From Paecilomyces variotii (Eukaryota): a stretch of 64,000 bases of DNA. The stretch's first letter is position 1; each line of letters starts with the position of its first letter. The position numbers and the translations under genes were made by a program. The notes beneath the pieces were generated by a model. That model did not search any database and had not been told where the DNA came from. It saw only the letters and a list, made by a program, of their open reading frames with translations. Shown here one piece after another: positions 61,701 to 64,000 of the stretch. Location: the NCBI GenBank assembly GCA_004022145.1, contig RCNU01000007.1. One strand, written 5' to 3'.

Positions 61701-64000
61701 TCGATATTCCAGAAAGGAGATGGCACGATCTCACCAAATCCAACATTAACCGCGCCACTGGTTGAATACTTGACTTCGTTGGATGAAACTGACATCCTAT
61801 CTACGCAAGACCTATTGCCCAAAGTCTTTCTTGCTTGTATCCCCATGGGGAGGGCTGTTGTGCTTGAGATTCTTGAATATTTTGGGGAAAGATGTCTACA
61901 ATCATATGCTCTCGAGCGGTGCGAGAGCGCTCTTTATCTTTGTATCCGTATGATGGGCAGTTTCGTGGACGTCTGGACAAAAGAAGAAGAGGATGACCTC
62001 CATGATTCTGCGTCGGACATATACATATGGTTTACAGATGTTCTATTAGCGAGGAGGAAGGCTTCCCCAAGGGTTCTCATTGCCCTTGCTGAACTCTTTC
62101 AGAGTGTTCTCGCCTCTAATCCTGGCTACGAAAGGAATGACTCGGGACCGTCACCGCGAACCAGCCTTTTCAATATTCTTCGCGAAGGCGATATATCGGT
62201 TAAATTCTTCCTGGCGAGGCTAGTTCCGAGTATTTTCAGCAGGTACCTCCTCACGGATCATGACGCGATATTCGATGATGTGCTTGATAGCCTCCCGCGG
62301 GACCCAGATTGGACTGAAGGAATAGCAGTTCGACTATATGCACTGGCTCAGTTGGCATCACGGTGGCACACGTTGCTTCGCAGGAGCATCTACCACATGT
62401 TTGAAGCACCCGGCCAAGTGCCACAGTCGGCTCCTTATGCTGAGAAATGCTTGAAGAATGTCTCCGACGCGCTCGGTCTGAAGGACGCAAAGGGGATATT
62501 CCGACTATTTGCCTCTCAGATCATATATACGTGGACCGAGTCGCAGTCGATAAGCTCAATGCCTTTCACAATCTTCGGATACAGTAGTCTGAAAGACATG
62601 CTACTGGACGTCCAAGACGAAGTAGTGGGTCAGATCATGATGCGAGCAAACGATCAAGAAGCGAGCGAAGCTTCTGTCTTACTGGGTGTTCCATTCACGG
62701 ATCTCCTTTCGGAGTCATTCCACAAAGCCGAAGCATATACAATTGCTCGTGATATCAGCATACCACCTTCTCAGAATAGCCAACCAAATGGCGTTGAGAA
62801 GCGTATAAAAAGTACTCTTGGAACAGATCAGTTCATAACCCTGGTTGAAGGTCGTTTCCCGCAGATCGTCGCAACACTTTTTAGGTCTCTTGACAAGGAA
62901 GAACAGATTGAGAAGGCATTTACTAAACGTGCACACTTCCACTACGCACTGGAAACCCTGAAGCGTATTATGGACAAAGGCGCCTCCGCTGCTATTCTTC
63001 CTGCTAACCCGCAACCTTCATTCAGAGCCCGCTACCTTCTCGATGAGCTGGAATTTCTTTGTAGGCGAAGTGGCTATGACCTCGAAAAAATGTGGACTCC
63101 AGCTCTAGCTTCTTTCGTCTGTCGAACGCTTCTAGAGTCAATGCATCCCTCTCTAGGCTCCCTTTATGCATGTTCAGTCATTCGCAAAATCCGAATTCTG
63201 GTGTGTATAGCAGGACCCGTTATGCTTCAAGATTATCCATTGGAACTCTGTCTCCATGCGCTTTGCCCACTTCTCACGGACTCACAATGCTGCGAAGATG
63301 CGCTGGGTGTCTTCTGGTATTTGCTGGAAGCAGGTCAGGCATACCTCTCCGAGAATCCTGGATTTACTGCCGGCATAGCAATTTTGACACTTTCTTCATT
63401 GAGCAACTTTCTAGACTCCAGCGCAGAAAGCACCAGCCAGGAGAGCCAATATAGAGCGACTTCATCCAAAGCGGTTGAATTTCGCAACTGGTTGGGTAGC
63501 TTTCTGAAGAACTACAAGGCATCAAGTATGGATGAAGGGACCGAAGAGTCTTTCCAGCGCATGGTTAGATCATCACAAGGGCTGCGCGTGTCCGGAAATC
63601 CTACGAAAGGTACCCACGAAAGTGATTTGCTGTTCGAACTACTGCAAGATAGAGCCTCTGGGCGAAATCTCCTGAGCAGACCGATATCTGATTTGGTCAT
63701 ATCGCTCGTTGGCGCACGATTCCAGAAGTCTCCAGATTCCCGCAGTGATATTCTCGGTGAAGATGATGTTGCTGCCGCTAATGCAGTAGCTGTCTGGGAA
63801 ACCGTTAGAAGTGGTAATCCTGGAAGCCAATACCGGCTATGGGCTGCTAGAGTCATTGGAAGAGCATACGCTTCGACGGGAAAAATCAGTGATGCTCTCC
63901 TGAGGGAACAAGATCCTGATTTATTCAAAGATCGGTTCCGTGGACTAGGATCGGATCCCTATTCTTCATCCAAGATTGCCATACTTCAAATGCTTTGTGA
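58800..64000 (+). CDS. tel1: Tel1/ATM checkpoint kinase, 5' portion (kinase domain lies beyond the window)
   Basis: TAN-domain start LSSDKQKERTDGL|DLKHIL|LSDKACHKVFEALF...SRLSACASVLR; introns ~58879-58928, 58970-59038, ~60388-60453, 60795-60852; frame then appears open to the window end (omitted from the ORF track because no stop is reached). Confidence 0.88.

Noticed and set aside
1..64000. CRISPR arrays, rRNA genes, secondary-metabolite backbone genes, autonomous transposases or Starship captains
   Set aside because: None seen in the sequence or the ORF track

Overview
Eukaryotic, intron-containing DNA from a filamentous ascomycete (Eurotiales-like, judged from protein similarity and GT..CTRAC..AG introns). 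About 20 mostly housekeeping genes: a ferroportin-like transporter (truncated), a secreted START/SRPBCC protein, DUF3176, a run of four mitochondrial genes (ehd3, uL4m, mL38, imp1), DUF1264, glyoxalase II, las1, an uncharacterised protein, NAD kinase, trs31, MFAP1, rpa3, ams2, smd2, dihydroxyacetone kinase, cullin-4, nup192 and the 5' part of tel1/ATM. An ~11.5 kb interval with no intact gene (19.1-30.6 kb) holds a 276-bp hAT-type MITE with a perfect 8-bp target-site duplication, repeated TACTCCGTA motifs and a decayed Zn2Cys6 transcription factor with RIP-like Cys->Tyr changes. Other non-obvious signals are a candidate box C/D snoRNA divergent from imp1, a shared PUF-type 3'UTR element in the mitochondrial genes, and MCB-like boxes before rpa3, ams2 and tel1. 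I found no convincing wholly new multi-gene system. All calls come from reading by eye, with no database searches, and exon boundaries are manual.
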